The position numbers were made by a program, and so were the translations under genes. Under the pieces are notes generated by a model that was not told where the DNA came from, ran no database searches, and worked only from the letters and a program-made list of their open reading frames with translations. From Prasinococcaceae sp. CCMP 1430 (Eukaryota; Plantae; Prasinodermophyta): a DNA stretch of 64,000 nucleotides. The stretch is from the NCBI GenBank assembly GCA_013416795.1, contig RQSC01000028.1, positions 404,534-468,533 on the forward strand, given 5' to 3'. Numbering within the stretch: position 1 is the stretch's first letter; every line of letters starts with the position of its first letter. Shown piece after piece: positions 24,070-36,364 of this stretch.

Positions 24070-27000
24070 ATGGGCGGATCCAGAAAACGCAAGAAAGGCA
24101 AGTCGAAAAAGGGCCAAACGGCGAGCCGTGGCCGTGAAGGAGTAGCTGAAGGCGATGCCGGCGACGCCGCCGTGGCCGCGTGTCTTCGCGATGAGGTCAC
24201 GCCCGCAATCAGTGCATCCTCCGCGTGCGGTTCGGAGCATGTGGCAACGTCGCCAGCCCCTTCAGCCAGCAAATCGCGCCCTCATGAAACAGAGCAATCC
24301 GACGCAGTTGGCAGCGCAGATTGCCGCCTCTCTCCGGGACGACCGGGCGCTGCTCACACCGTGACTGGTGCTCGGGCAGCTGGCGAAAGGGGTTCGCAGG
24401 ACATGATTCTTGCTGGCGTCCAAGCTCTTGGCCAGCAGCAAGACTTCGCACAGGCCGCCGCATCGCCCGCTCGCACGACCCTCGCAACCGACGTTGATGA
24501 TTCTTTGGGCGGTGTACAACTTGAACAAGCAGAGGCGTGCTGCCCTGCGGCCCCCGAGACGTATGCATTGCCGCCCCAGGGACATTCCGAGTCGGCACTG
24601 CCTCAACGGGGTGCGATGAAACCTGAGCGTGCTGTGACTGCTGGCGCGCTGGTGTGGCTCAGGCGGCCCGTGGGTGCGGAGGGTCCGTGGGTGGCCGCGC
24701 AGGTGCTTGCGACTGGCGAGAACGGCGCCATTGTGGCCAGCATCGTTGAGGAGGATGGCGGGGATGGCACCGCGGAGGAGGTTTACAGCGATGGATGGGA
24801 GCTGCGCGAGCCCCTCTTCTCCAAACGCAATGCGGACAGAAACAGCGCCGGGTGTGAGGACTGCTGCGAGCTGCACTACCTCAACGAGCCCTCGATCTTG
24901 GAAAACCTACAGTCACGCGCAGCCGCCGGTCAGATCTACACGCGAGCCGGCGAGATTCTCATAGCGATTAACCCGTATCGTGAACTCGACATCTACGATG
25001 CTGAGACGGTGCTGACGTACATGGATTCGGAGGACTGCGCTACCCAGCTGAGGCAGACCGCGGCTCTGCCGCCGCACGTGTTTCAGACCGCGATGGCCGC
25101 CTATCGCGCCATGGCACGCGACGAGCGTGCCCAGTGCATACTCGTCTCTGGCGAGTCTGGTGCAGGGAAGACTGAGACTACAAAAAAGGTCATGATCTTT
25201 TTGTCCAGCGTCGCCGCGGGAGCGAGTTTGCACCGCGGGCAAGACGCGGCCGTGGGCGACGTCTGCGCTCGGATACTGGCCACCAACCCCGTCTTGGAAG
25301 CGTTTGGCAACGCCAAGACTGTACGCAATGACAACTCAAGCCGCTTTGGCAAGTACATCGAGCTGCGCTTCAATCGCTCGGGCTACCTCACAGGTGGCTA
25401 CATTCGCACGTACTTGTTGGAGCGCTCTCGCGTAGTACGGATCAACTCACCGGAGCGCACATACCACATTTTTTACCAGCTGTGCGCAGCGGGCGTGTGC
25501 AGCCCCGCCCAGTCGGCCGCGGGAGGGTTCGACATGTTGCGTCAGTCTGAATGCACAGAGCTCAGAGACGTTGATGACGCGCGCGAGTTTGCAGCGACCC
25601 GCGAGGCAATGGAAACACTCGGCATTGACGAGCAAAGCGCGGCCGAGGCTTTCGGCATCCTGGCGGCTATCCTGCACCTCGGCAACGTGTCCTTCTCGCG
25701 CCACGTGGACGCAGCCGAAGAAAGTGCTCTCGACGTTGACGATGGTGCGTTGGCACTCGGTACAGGGTAGTGCGTCTAACGGCTGACAATCGCGTGCATT
25801 GATTGATCGGTGAAGGCAGCCCTGCCGTGCGTAGAGGCTTTTGCTGACCTGGCACACACGCGCACCTGGACCATTCCGCGCCCGCTCACCGACGGACGCC
25901 ACCGCGCACGAACACACTTTCACCGGGCATTTCGAACGGACGGGGAAACTGCGGATGACTGCCAATGTCCCGGTCTCTGCGCATTGGTACTCTTACACGC
26001 GCGCTGTGTGTACGTGACGTGACGTCAATTGTCGCCACACAGTCGCGCAGGCAGCCCTGCGCGCAGCGGCGTCGCACCTCGGGTGCGACCAGAGCGCGCT
26101 CAGAGCTGCACTGTCGACCCGAACCATCTACGCTGCTGGGGAGTCCTTTGTGAAGGAGCTCAATCCAGATGATGCCCGCTCAAGCAGGGAGGCACTGTGC
26201 AAGGTGCTCTACAGCAAGCTCTTTGGCTGGATCGTGTTACAGCTCAATCATGCGCTTCGTCGCGACGTCGCACCCGAGGCCGGCGCCGGCAGCGCGGCGT
26301 CCCTCGACAGTCTCGCTGCCGCAGAGCACGACCGGACATCGATCGGTATTCTCGACATCTACGGCTTCGAATGGTTTGACACATGCAACTCGTTCGAGCA
26401 GCTGTGTATCAATTGGGCGAACGAGCGCCTGCAGCAATTTTTCAACGCATTCGTCTTCAAAACCCAGCAGGCCGAGTACGAGGCGGAAGGGATTGAGTGG
26501 AGCTTCGTGACTTTCCGTGACAATGACGACGTCCTCGACGCGATAGAGCAGAACATGGTGCCATTGCTAGACGACCAATGCCGCATGCCCTCCGGGTCTG
26601 ACAGCGGCTATGTCGCGTCTCTTCGGGCCGCCCTGCTGCCTGCCAATCGATTTCGCGAGTCGCGCCGAGACCCGGACAGCACATTCACGGTCGTGCACTT
26701 CGCCGGAGCTGTCGAGTACACTGCGAAGGGATTTTGCGAGAAGAACAAAGAGGTGACGTGATGTGCGCGGCGTCCGGCTTGCGTCGCACGCATTGGTTGT
26801 CCGGGCTGCCTGGATTGCGTGTGCTCACGGCGATGGCATTTACACCCCTCATGCCTACTGACGCCATGCGCGTGCGATGTCTCTGGTCGCACGCGCGCGC
26901 GCGCGCGCGCTCTCTCGCCCGCGCAGTTCGTCGTCCCCGAGCACGCCAAGCTCATGCAAGAGTCATCGACCAAGCTGCTCACGCTTTTATTTGCACCTGC

Positions 27001-29287
27001 GTCGGGATGCCTTGGCAGGGAGCCCGACGTCGGCGATGGCAGCAAAACAGCCGGCGGCGGCTCGAGGCCAGCCACACACCATCAGCCCTCCACCAAATTC
27101 ACAAGCGTCGGCCTCTCGTTCCGGACTCAGCTTCGCGACTTGATGTCGGCGCTCGAGCGCACGGACCCGCACTTCGTGCGTTGCATCAAACCTAATAGCG
27201 AGGCATCGCCAGAGCATTTTGACTCGCGGCTCGTGCTTGAGCAGCTGCGCAGCGGTGGCGTCAGCGAGGCCGTGCGCGTCATGCAGGCAGGCTTCCCGGC
27301 GAGGCGCACGTATGAAGATTTTGCGTCGCGCTATCGGGTACTTGTGACCGGAGCAGCAGCCGCAGCACCAAACGAGGTCGCGAAAGGGGTATGCGAGGCA
27401 GTGGTACTCACGCTCGGCTTAAGCACGGCCGTACAGATGGGCAAGACAAAAATATTTCTGCGGGCAGGCCACCTGTCAATCTTGGAGACCACGCTCAGGG
27501 AGCTGCAGCGCGAGGCAGTTACTTGCATCCAAGCCTGTGCCAGGCGGGCCATGCACAGACGTGCATTCTCCGCGCTACGAGGAGCCACCATAGCCACACA
27601 GCGAAGATGGCGCGGCGTGCTCGCGCGGCGTGCGGCGCAGGCCCTGCGCGAGGAACGCGCGGTGCTACTGCTTGCTACGTGGTGGAAATTCCGGCGAAGT
27701 GTGCGACGAAAGCACGCCGCAGTGACCATCCAGATGGCATGGCGGGCCATATCGCTCCGCGGCCAGTACCTGCGCATGCGCGCCGCCGTTCGTACTCTGC
27801 AGGCCGCGAGTCGCGCCACCGCCGCTCGACGGACAGCTCACGACCTGCGTGCGTCGACGCGCGAGGCAGCAAAGCTGGCTGCCGAGGCAAAGGGGCTCAG
27901 ACAGGAGCTCAGCGATGCGAGAGGCCGCAGCAATCAGTTGATGCGCGAGGTGGCAGCCCTGACGGCGGCACTCGAAGCCGCAAGCGCGGAATCCGCGGAG
28001 GTGAGTCACGCGATTGATACTGAGCGCCAGCGGACAAATCAGGCCACGGAGCGCATCGAGGTGCTCGCAGCGCAGAACGCCGAGCTTCTGCGCGGGATCG
28101 AGGATGCCAATGCGCGTGCCGAGTTGGCTGCCCGAGCAGCTGCGAATGCCGCAACAGCGGCGCTGGAAGCGGCCGACGCCGCGATCCGTGAAGGTGACGA
28201 CAGCAGCGACAGCAGCGGTGAGGACGGTGATCCCAAAGCCTGCGGGAATGCTGCGAGTGAAGGTTCAGATTCAGCGAGCACGCAGCAGGATGCTGACACA
28301 TGCGCCTTGAGCGTGACGCGGGCTCGAACGACTGTGCACACGTCCACGGCTGAGAGCGCCGAGGAGGACGGTAGCACACGTGCGCTCATGGCCTGGCGTT
28401 CTGCTGCCAGGTCGTCCAAGGTAATGGGATGGCTGATGAAAGACAAGATGCAACAGCACGTTTCAGACATCGCACGCCTTCGGTGGAGGCTCGCATACCG
28501 CTTCGTGGTGCAGCCCTTCCGCACGCGGCGAGTGGTTGACGCACTTGCCCACGCATCTACACACGAGTGTGTGGACGCTTCCCGAGACCGACGCTGCGCT
28601 GAAAGTCCTCCGGGCGCCACTACCACTGCCGTCGCGCTCGGTTCGTCAATCGTCGCGGACGAATCGGCGCCGTCAAGGGACATCTCCGCATCTGCGCTCG
28701 AATTGCACGGGAAGCAGATCGGCGAGGCACTACCCGGTATCGCGACGACAAGAGAGAGCTCGAAACCGCCAAGCGCAGCGAGAGCACTGCGGGATGGTGG
28801 ACCGGTTGAGACGTATGCTTCGCCACAGCGGCCAGAGGCGCTCTCAGAGGACGACGCGTTGGGCACGCGCCTTAATAGCCCGCCCGCCGCGGAGAACTCA
28901 GGTGTGTCGCGAGGTACTGCAACCTGCACACCCTTGGCACCATTGGTGGAGACGACATGCACGGACAGCTCTGAGGGACAGGGAAGGCAATTGAAGTCGC
29001 CCAGGGTGGATGCCGCTGGGAACAAGCCTCCGGAGGCCCAGCGCACTTTCCAATCGCAGGAGGAGAGCGCTCCCAATAGGACCCGCGGAGACGCGGAACG
29101 GGTGCCAGGCAGTGCGGGCTTGGACGAAGGACACAAGGCCGAGCCCGAACACGTCCAGGACGGAGGGATGGGGTTCATAAGCTCCAGCGGGTCAGAGGAC
29201 GCCGACTCAACCGCCAGCGAAGATGATTTTGCAAGAGGGGCATTCACGAGTGCTTCCGAATGGTACACCTTCGGCCCGCGGGCGTAG
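24070..29287 (+). CDS. Myosin with class XI-like motor, ~5 IQ motifs, coiled coil and non-DIL low-complexity tail; exons 24070-25744, 26043-26752, 26927-29287
   Basis: GESGAGKT, NDNSSRFGK, LDIYGFE, KNKE|FVVPEH, HFVRCIKPN; GT-AG introns keep frame. Confidence 0.93.
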
Positions 29288-29614
29288 ACACACGAGGCCG
29301 CTGTGCATTTGAAGTAGTACGACACAATAGGTACTACCGCAGCCGTGTGTGTAGGGTCTTGGTGCCAGTGGTGGTCGCGCTGGGAGCAGGGACAATGCAA
29401 AGATGAGAGGAGTCTCTGTGACATGAAACGCGGAACCACACTTCCTGGGACGCGGCCCGGGGGACCGCGCCCCTCCGCGAAGTGCCGCGCGACAAGAGGA
29501 GAGTGCTTACATAAAGTGCGACGGTCGCCTGAAAAGCCGTCGCTGCACGTGTTCACACCATTATCGAGAGCAGCAGCGTTTCTTCTGGCGAGCTGCTGCA
29601 TGCATTCGTTCGCA

Positions 29615-29978
29615 TTAGCCCGTGTTGCGCTGGAGGTGTGCGGTCATTAGGCAGCAGAGTAGAATGCAAGGGTCAGCACGATGCGTCCTCTGGTAGTGCT
29701 GCCAGAGCGTGTGCGCTTGCACGGGGCGTGCAGCTCACCATGCCCGCCGCGATGCCGTTAATTGCCACCAGAAGCGCATCACGCAGTTGCTGGTCATCGG
29801 GCGTCAGCCTCAGTCTACGCAGAATCTCCACCTGCAGCATGTTGATAGGCGTGAGATAGGCCTCACGATTTTCAATAAGCCGCCGAAGGACCTTGTTGTT
29901 TTCGCCGAGCTTGTGGTGGCCAGTGATCTGCAGCAGCGTGTCGCGTGTCTCTTCCATCTGTCGGCGCAGCTCGACGCC
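29615..29978 (-). pseudogene. PPC: Orphan last two exons of a bacterial-type PEP carboxylase (29978-29739, 29629-29615)
   Basis: GVELRRQMEETRDTLLQITG...NREAYLTPINMLQVEILRRLR...ALLVAINGIAAGM|RNTG*; intron GTGAGC...CCAG; no upstream PEPC coding sequence found in the window. Confidence 0.8.
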
Positions 29979-30218
29979 CGTGAGCAATGCAGGTGATGAG
30001 TGGAAGAAAATCGCGGAATGGCCTCATGACTCATGCTAGGAAGCCGGTTTACAGTCAAGGCCCGCGCACGCGGAATTCCGACCCCGCTCAGTCCAACCTG
30101 CGCGCATTCGAACTCGTGGAGCGCGCCGCTGAAAGTGCGTCACGTTTTTGACACTTCTTTGGGCCGCCACAGTCGACCTGTTGAACAGTCGCAGCGCGCC
30201 ACCACTGTCAATGGAGAG

Positions 30219-33200
30219 TCACGCGTCGACAGTGCCGGGGGTTACGGCGCGTTGAATGCGCGCGCGGGCCTTCGAGTGCCTCAGGGCGACTTCCTCGGGC
30301 GACAGCTGTCGCAGGTGCTGGCGAGACACTCGGACGCTGGCGCTCCTTGGTCGAGAGGTGCCAACACCGTCGCCACCGTTCCTAGTGGAGGCTGCCGCTA
30401 GTTCGTCTTGCAAGCTGTCAAGCTCGCTGACAAGGCTGCGATGCACCTTGCTCGGCGTCGACGTAGAACCCACGAGCAGCGAAGGCGAGCCACCTGGTAG
30501 ATGAGTGCCAGCGGACTCGCGAGTGTGCGTCGCTGATATGAGCGCGAGGCAGCGCAAGACAGCACCGCCTATGTCCTCCGGGTGCAGGCCAGCAAGGCGT
30601 TTCGCGAGAGCATCCTCAACCTCAGGCAGAGACGGCGCCCCGGCATTCTCCGCCTCGGCCTCAATCGCTGCGGCCGCGGCACGGGCAGTCTCCTCGCGGG
30701 CTTCAAGAGCTTCTACTCGAGCTTCAAGGTCCGCGACCATCGCCGTGCGCATCTGCTGGTCCGCTCTCAAGCGAGGCGATGCTCTCGTCATGGTACCAGT
30801 CTGTAGGGCGCAAGCAGCCGCTTCGGCACCAGCCTGCGCCACGAGCGCACGGCCCGCGCTGTCGTCGTCGCCTCGATTCCTGGCAAGGGCGCGCTCCTGC
30901 GCCCACTTGCTCGCCTGCGCCTGGACGATGGAGAGGGCCCGATCGCTCTGGGCGGCAATGTCCTCGTGCAATAGTGTCTGTCGCTCAAGGTGGAGGCGCA
31001 GAGGCCGGAGCTTCTCCTCAGTGTCGCGGCGCTCGTCCGCAAATCGTCGTGCTCGGGCGCGCTCGGTCTCGACAGCCTGCGATCGCTTCATGGCAATCAG
31101 AACAGCTTCAAGGTCACGCAGAAGCAGCGCCTTGTGGCGCTCGGCATCTAGCGGACGCGGCCTGGAGGGCGTGCTCGAGGGTGTCGTTGCCGATGATTGC
31201 TGGCAGACTGGAGCAGATGTCGGCCGCTTGGAGGCTGGCGATAACTTGCGAAGATGTCCATGCTCGGATGAGTCAGCCGTTTCCAAACCAGCCCGACGCA
31301 TGGTCGCTTGTTGGTGTCTGATAGTGCGCTGCAGGTTTCTGACCTCGCGCTCGCGCTCCTCCGCAGCGCGACGAGCGGCTGCCGCTTCGTCGCGCGCAGC
31401 GGTTGCCTGGGCCTCCGCACGCTCTCCGGCCTCCTGCATCCGGCGCTTCAGGGAGGACGCTTCATTGCGGAGGCGCTGGGTTTCCGCGCGCATGGCTGCC
31501 ACGTGCGCGTCGTCCGCAGCCTTGGACTTCTGTGCACGGATGCGCTCCTTGCGCGCAACCTCACGCTGCAGGGCAGACAATTGCGCCTTCACCTTGCGAA
31601 TTTTCTCCTGGTAGACCAGCCTCATTCTCCTGATTTCGCCGTCATCGCGATCCGCTTCTCGAGAATCCAGGCTCTGAAGGGCGCCGCGTAGGCCGTCGAC
31701 CTCCGCTACGCGATCAGCCATCTCTGTCCTAAGGCCGTCACTGCGCCCCGACCGGCTCGTAAGACTCCCTTCCGTAGTAGTAGCTCCGCTACCGAGCGCG
31801 CTGATGCGCTCCTCCTTCTCCTTGATTTGACGTTGCAGCGTGCGCAGCCGACGGCCCATCTCAGCCCTGTCGAGCGCGTGTGCAGCAGAGACACCGGCTG
31901 CGGCGTTTTGCGCCGCGGCCGCGGTCTTTTCCGCTGTCGCGACCTTGGCCTGCAGCATCCGCTTCTCTTCTTCCACCTGCGCGACGCGGCTCTCGAGCTC
32001 GTCGACAGCCACTACAGCCGCCGCTGCCTCAGTCGCGGCAACCTGCAAATGCTCAGCGACCGATGGCATCTTTGATACCTCTTGCGTAGCTCCAAGCGGA
32101 ATAGCAGTCGTCGCGATTGCATCGTCAAAGTTGCGCATCCCGCTCTCGTCCAGCACAGACGCGTGATGCATAGAGTACGCATCGGCGTCGGTGTCGTCTT
32201 CGAGGGCCGGCGACGTGAGGAGAGCATGAATGCGCTCCGCAGCTGCATTCGTCCCAACCACCTCGGCCTGGATCGAAGCTCGCAGGAACGAGGCGTCCTC
32301 GTCCGCCACCACCACCCCATGCGAAGGAGACACAGTCGCGCAACCTCGTAGGGAGGCACATTGCTCGAGCAGCATCTTGTTCTCACTGCGTAGCGCAGCG
32401 TTAGCGCTCTTGAGTGACGAGATCGCCTCCACCTTGGAGGCGAAAATGCGCTCGTCTCGTTCGAGATCTTCCAACGCGTTCTTCAGGCTATCCTCAGCTT
32501 GCCGAGCTTCGGCGTCGCGAGCTACGAGCGCAACGCGTAGCGCCGTCGACGCATCTTCTTCGAATGCGGCAACACTGACGTCGCCGTCCACTTCGGCATG
32601 TGCAACCTCGCCCGCATCCGTCAGGGACCGACGAAGCATTGCAAGGCGCTCAGAGTCTTCGTTGATGGCCTCCCCGTCAAGTGCGGCGAGGACGTGGGAT
32701 ATCCCGCGTCTGTGCTGCTCGTAGCGCTCTCGGAGAGCATCGCGTTCTGCGATGGCACCGTCGCGCGCGCGCATCGCCTCAGTACGACGGCCCTCGAGGG
32801 CTTTGCATCGCGTCTCCAAGCGCTTGAGCCGATCTTCGAGCTTCTCACGCTCGTCTGCCCACTTGGATGCAGCGGCAGCCGCCCTGTTCTCCGCTGCCAC
32901 GAGGCTCACTCGTTGTGCCTCCAGCGCACGCTCAGCCGCGAGCAGCTCGGGGTCCCTATCTCGTGTCGAGGCGCGCGGGCCAGCAGTAGAGGCGCCTACG
33001 CCGACCATTTTCTGCACACTACGCCGCGCGATGGACGCCGCGCACGACAGCGCGAGCGACGCCCGCATGCGTTCGACCTCCTGGCGGCTTGAGGTGTTGA
33101 CTATTGGCATATTGATGATGCGGCGCGTGCGCCCGGCGTACTTGAGCGTGCTGAGCGTTTCTTCGAGCGTCAAATCGTGGGGGCCAACGCACGCGATCAT

Positions 33201-35185
33201 GCACGTATGCGCATTGCTCCCTAGAGAGTCCTGGAGCATGCGCGTGAGGCGACTGTCACGGTAAGGTATGTGTGCAAGGCTTGTGGATCTCCTGCCCTTG
33301 CCCTTGGAGGTGCTCAGTGCGGATATGACGTTGGACAACGCCAGAAGCCCGGAATTGATCTTGATGGCTTCCTGGAATCGCATGCCTGTGGTCTGCGAGC
33401 GCTTGTTGCGCTCGGATCCCGCCAGGTCCACCATGTGCAGCTTCGAGAGACGGCAGTGATGGTGTTCGCCCGGGGGCGACGCCTCGACAAGTACTGTGAA
33501 GATTGCGTGCGATCGCGAGCTGCGCGTGTTGGCGAGGGTGCTTCCAGTCGCACGCCGTGCCGCACCGCGCTCGAGGCACCACATGAGGTCGCTGAAGCTG
33601 TTGCATATCTCCTCCTGCGCGCCGGCGACGTATATGCCGCCCGCCGATGTCTCACGAATCGAGATTGCTGTCCCCTTGTGCCGGTCGCTCTGGTGGAGCC
33701 TCGCACTGGCAGACCATGCGCTGGCGCGTCGTGGCGTAGACGATGCCTCCGCGTTCGTGCTGGCTGGGCTGCCATTGTCGAGGAGGTCGAAGAGCTCCTC
33801 GTTGTATACCTCCAAAAACGTGCACCTGACCTCGACGCGCTCCCCAGCCGCTCGTCTCTCCTCCACGAGCTCAAAGAGGTCACCGATCGCTCGCGGCAGC
33901 ACACCAACATTTCGCAGGACTTGCTCGCCCTCCTGACTGCCAGAAGCGGCCGTGCCGTCCGCGGCGGCAGCAGCCTTTGCCGCTGCAGCGGCCTCGACAG
34001 CCCCACCGGTCCCTATGAAAGTGCGCGTGGCATCGGCAGTGCAGTGTCAGCCTGTGTGGTGTGCGGGTCGAGCCAGACGAGGCAATCCCAGAGGCCACCG
34101 CAAAAAGACTTGCACTCGCGCGCCGCGCGCGTTGCTTACCCTGTACCATGAGTGCGCGATTGAGGGCCACAGGCCATTTCCGTCAGCTACGTGCACAGCA
34201 CACACACACACACACACACACAAGAAGGCACAGTCTCGCGCGCGCACGCGCACGCGCGCCCCCCAGCCAGTGGGCGGGCGTGCACACACAAGTGCGCATG
34301 GTCACACGCGCGCACGCAAGCAAGCAACCAACCAAAGCCACACACACACAAGACAACGCCATGGTGCGCACACATTTGCACTGACGCGCCGCGCGCGTGC
34401 GCCGTACCCTGCGGATGGCACATGAGCGCACGGTTGAGAGCGAACGTCCAGGTCCGTCAGTCACGTGCAAAGCAAACACACACACTACAACGCACCACAA
34501 CCACACGCGCAGTCACACAAACGAACGCGCTCGCCGGACAGACCCCTGTCGTCCCGTTTCTTCCAATGCCACAGCCATATTTCGCTCTTCTGTTCACAGC
34601 GAGAATACCTGCACCGACCCCGAAGCCCCCCCCCGCCCCCCCCGCGCGCTCCCCAACTGTCGGCGCGTGCGCGCGCGCGTCATCGTACATTGTGTATGTC
34701 TTGCCACTGCCGGTCTGCCCATATGCGAGGCACGTAGCATTGTACCCATCCGCGCAGAGCTTCACGAGCGGCGCGACGCACGCGTCGTAGACCTCACTTT
34801 GCGATGCATCCGCTCCGAAGACATCGTCGAATTCAAAAGCCTTCGTCGGCCCCACGCGTACGAGCCTCTGCTCGGGCAGGGCGCGTACGGCAGCACGGCG
34901 TGAACGCGCCTCGATGCCGAGTGGGGGACGCACCCGCACTGCGACGCGCACAGCAACACCAGCCGCCGCCGCATCAGCTGCAATATCCGTCGATGACGCG
35001 CTTGATTGTGATTGCGTGGCCGCGCAGTCAGCCCCTGGCACGCTGTGCGCACTCCGCCCGCGAAGGCCGTCCAGCGCCGACGAGCGCCTCGCGTCAGCCA
35101 GACTGCTGCCGCATGCAGTTCGAGCGACCGCAGTCCCACTCTGTGGGAGTTGCGTGGGCATACCGTGCGGCTTCTCCTTTGCCAT
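30219..35185 (-). CDS. Kinesin-4-like (KIF4/KIF7/KIF27/FRA1 group); exons 35185-34689, 34408 (1 nt), 34140 (1 nt), 34012-30219
   Basis: VAVRVRP, FEFDDVF, AYGQTGSGKTYTMGT (after splicing), SSRSHAIF, MVDLAGSER, INSGLLALSNVISAL, HIPYRDSRLTRMLQDSLG; long coiled-coil stalk. Confidence 0.92.
34199..34222 (+). repeat. (CA)n microsatellite, i.e. (TG)n on the kinesin sense strand, in the intron between the two micro-exons
   Basis: About 11 CA units. Confidence 0.9.
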
Positions 35186-36364
35186 GAAGGCGCCCTCCTC
35201 CGCCTTTCCTCCTCGCACGCCTCCCCCACAGCCAACCCAACGCGCGCGCACTCTACCGGTGCCTGGTCGGTCCGCTTGCTCACCACTACGGGGCCGTCGG
35301 CGTCGACGTCCGCTGCGTCGCGGTGAGACTCCGTTCGGCGCTGTGCCGCGCCCGATATTCAAACGCGCTGTCGAGTACGCAATATCGCGCTCACCGCAAG
35401 AGCGCAATTGCTCGTGGGGTTGCCCCACACACTCACCACCACCCCCCACACACCTCCTTCCCCTCGATCGCGGCCCTTCGGGCGCCACGGAGATCTCAGC
35501 GCCGCACGGCCACGCCGGCCGTGCCACGCACGCCCCGTGTGGTCCTGCGTGCGTCGTTGCGCGCCACGCTCTGCGCGCGCGCGCGCCGGGGCGGGCTCCG
35601 CGCCGCGCGCGCGCGCGGCGGTTCGTACTTCGTCCACCATCAGGAGATGAAGGCGACGTTGTGCACACGCTGTTGTCGAATGCCCGCGGCCGCGGCCCGT
35701 CCCCCTCCAAATCCAGATCACCGCCCCGGCCCGCGAGCGAGGGGGAAGCGAAGCGCGGCAGGCCGCGAGTGCGTGTTCCATCAAAATGGTACGTACCATC
35801 AACCAACCAAGGACGAGAGATGCGGGCGGCACCAGTCCGCGCGCGCGCCAAACTCCGAAAGGTCTCTGCCGCGGGAGAGAGAGACGGCTCCTGACACTCG
35901 GCGGGGGTGACGGCTGCGGGATGGCCGAGAGGGGAAGCAGATGCATACACCGCGACGCCAGTGCGCGCGCAGACAGCGCTGCGAACGCGGCCGAGCAGCC
36001 CCGCCTGCCCCCCCCCGCCCGCACAGGAGCCACCGAAGCGGACACACCCACTTTGCCACGCCCGCGCGGCGCCACGCACCTCTGGACCAGCGTTCGCGCG
36101 GCGTCGCGCTGCGGCTCAGGCGGCACAGAGCAGGGCGCAGCCAGGACGGTGCCGTCTGGGGAGGAGGCGGGCGAGGGGGGAGGGGAGAGGGCCAGGAAGG
36201 GGGGGGTCTTTCGCGGATCCGTGTCGGAGGTTGAGGCAAGAGTTGAGTTGAGGTGCATGTGGGGGGCGCACGTGGAAGGGGGCGAGGGGTGTGTCACGGG
36301 AAGGGCAAGGGAGGCGACACTGCACTCTCAAAATATCTGAGCCGCGTGCGTGCCTTCACCAGCC

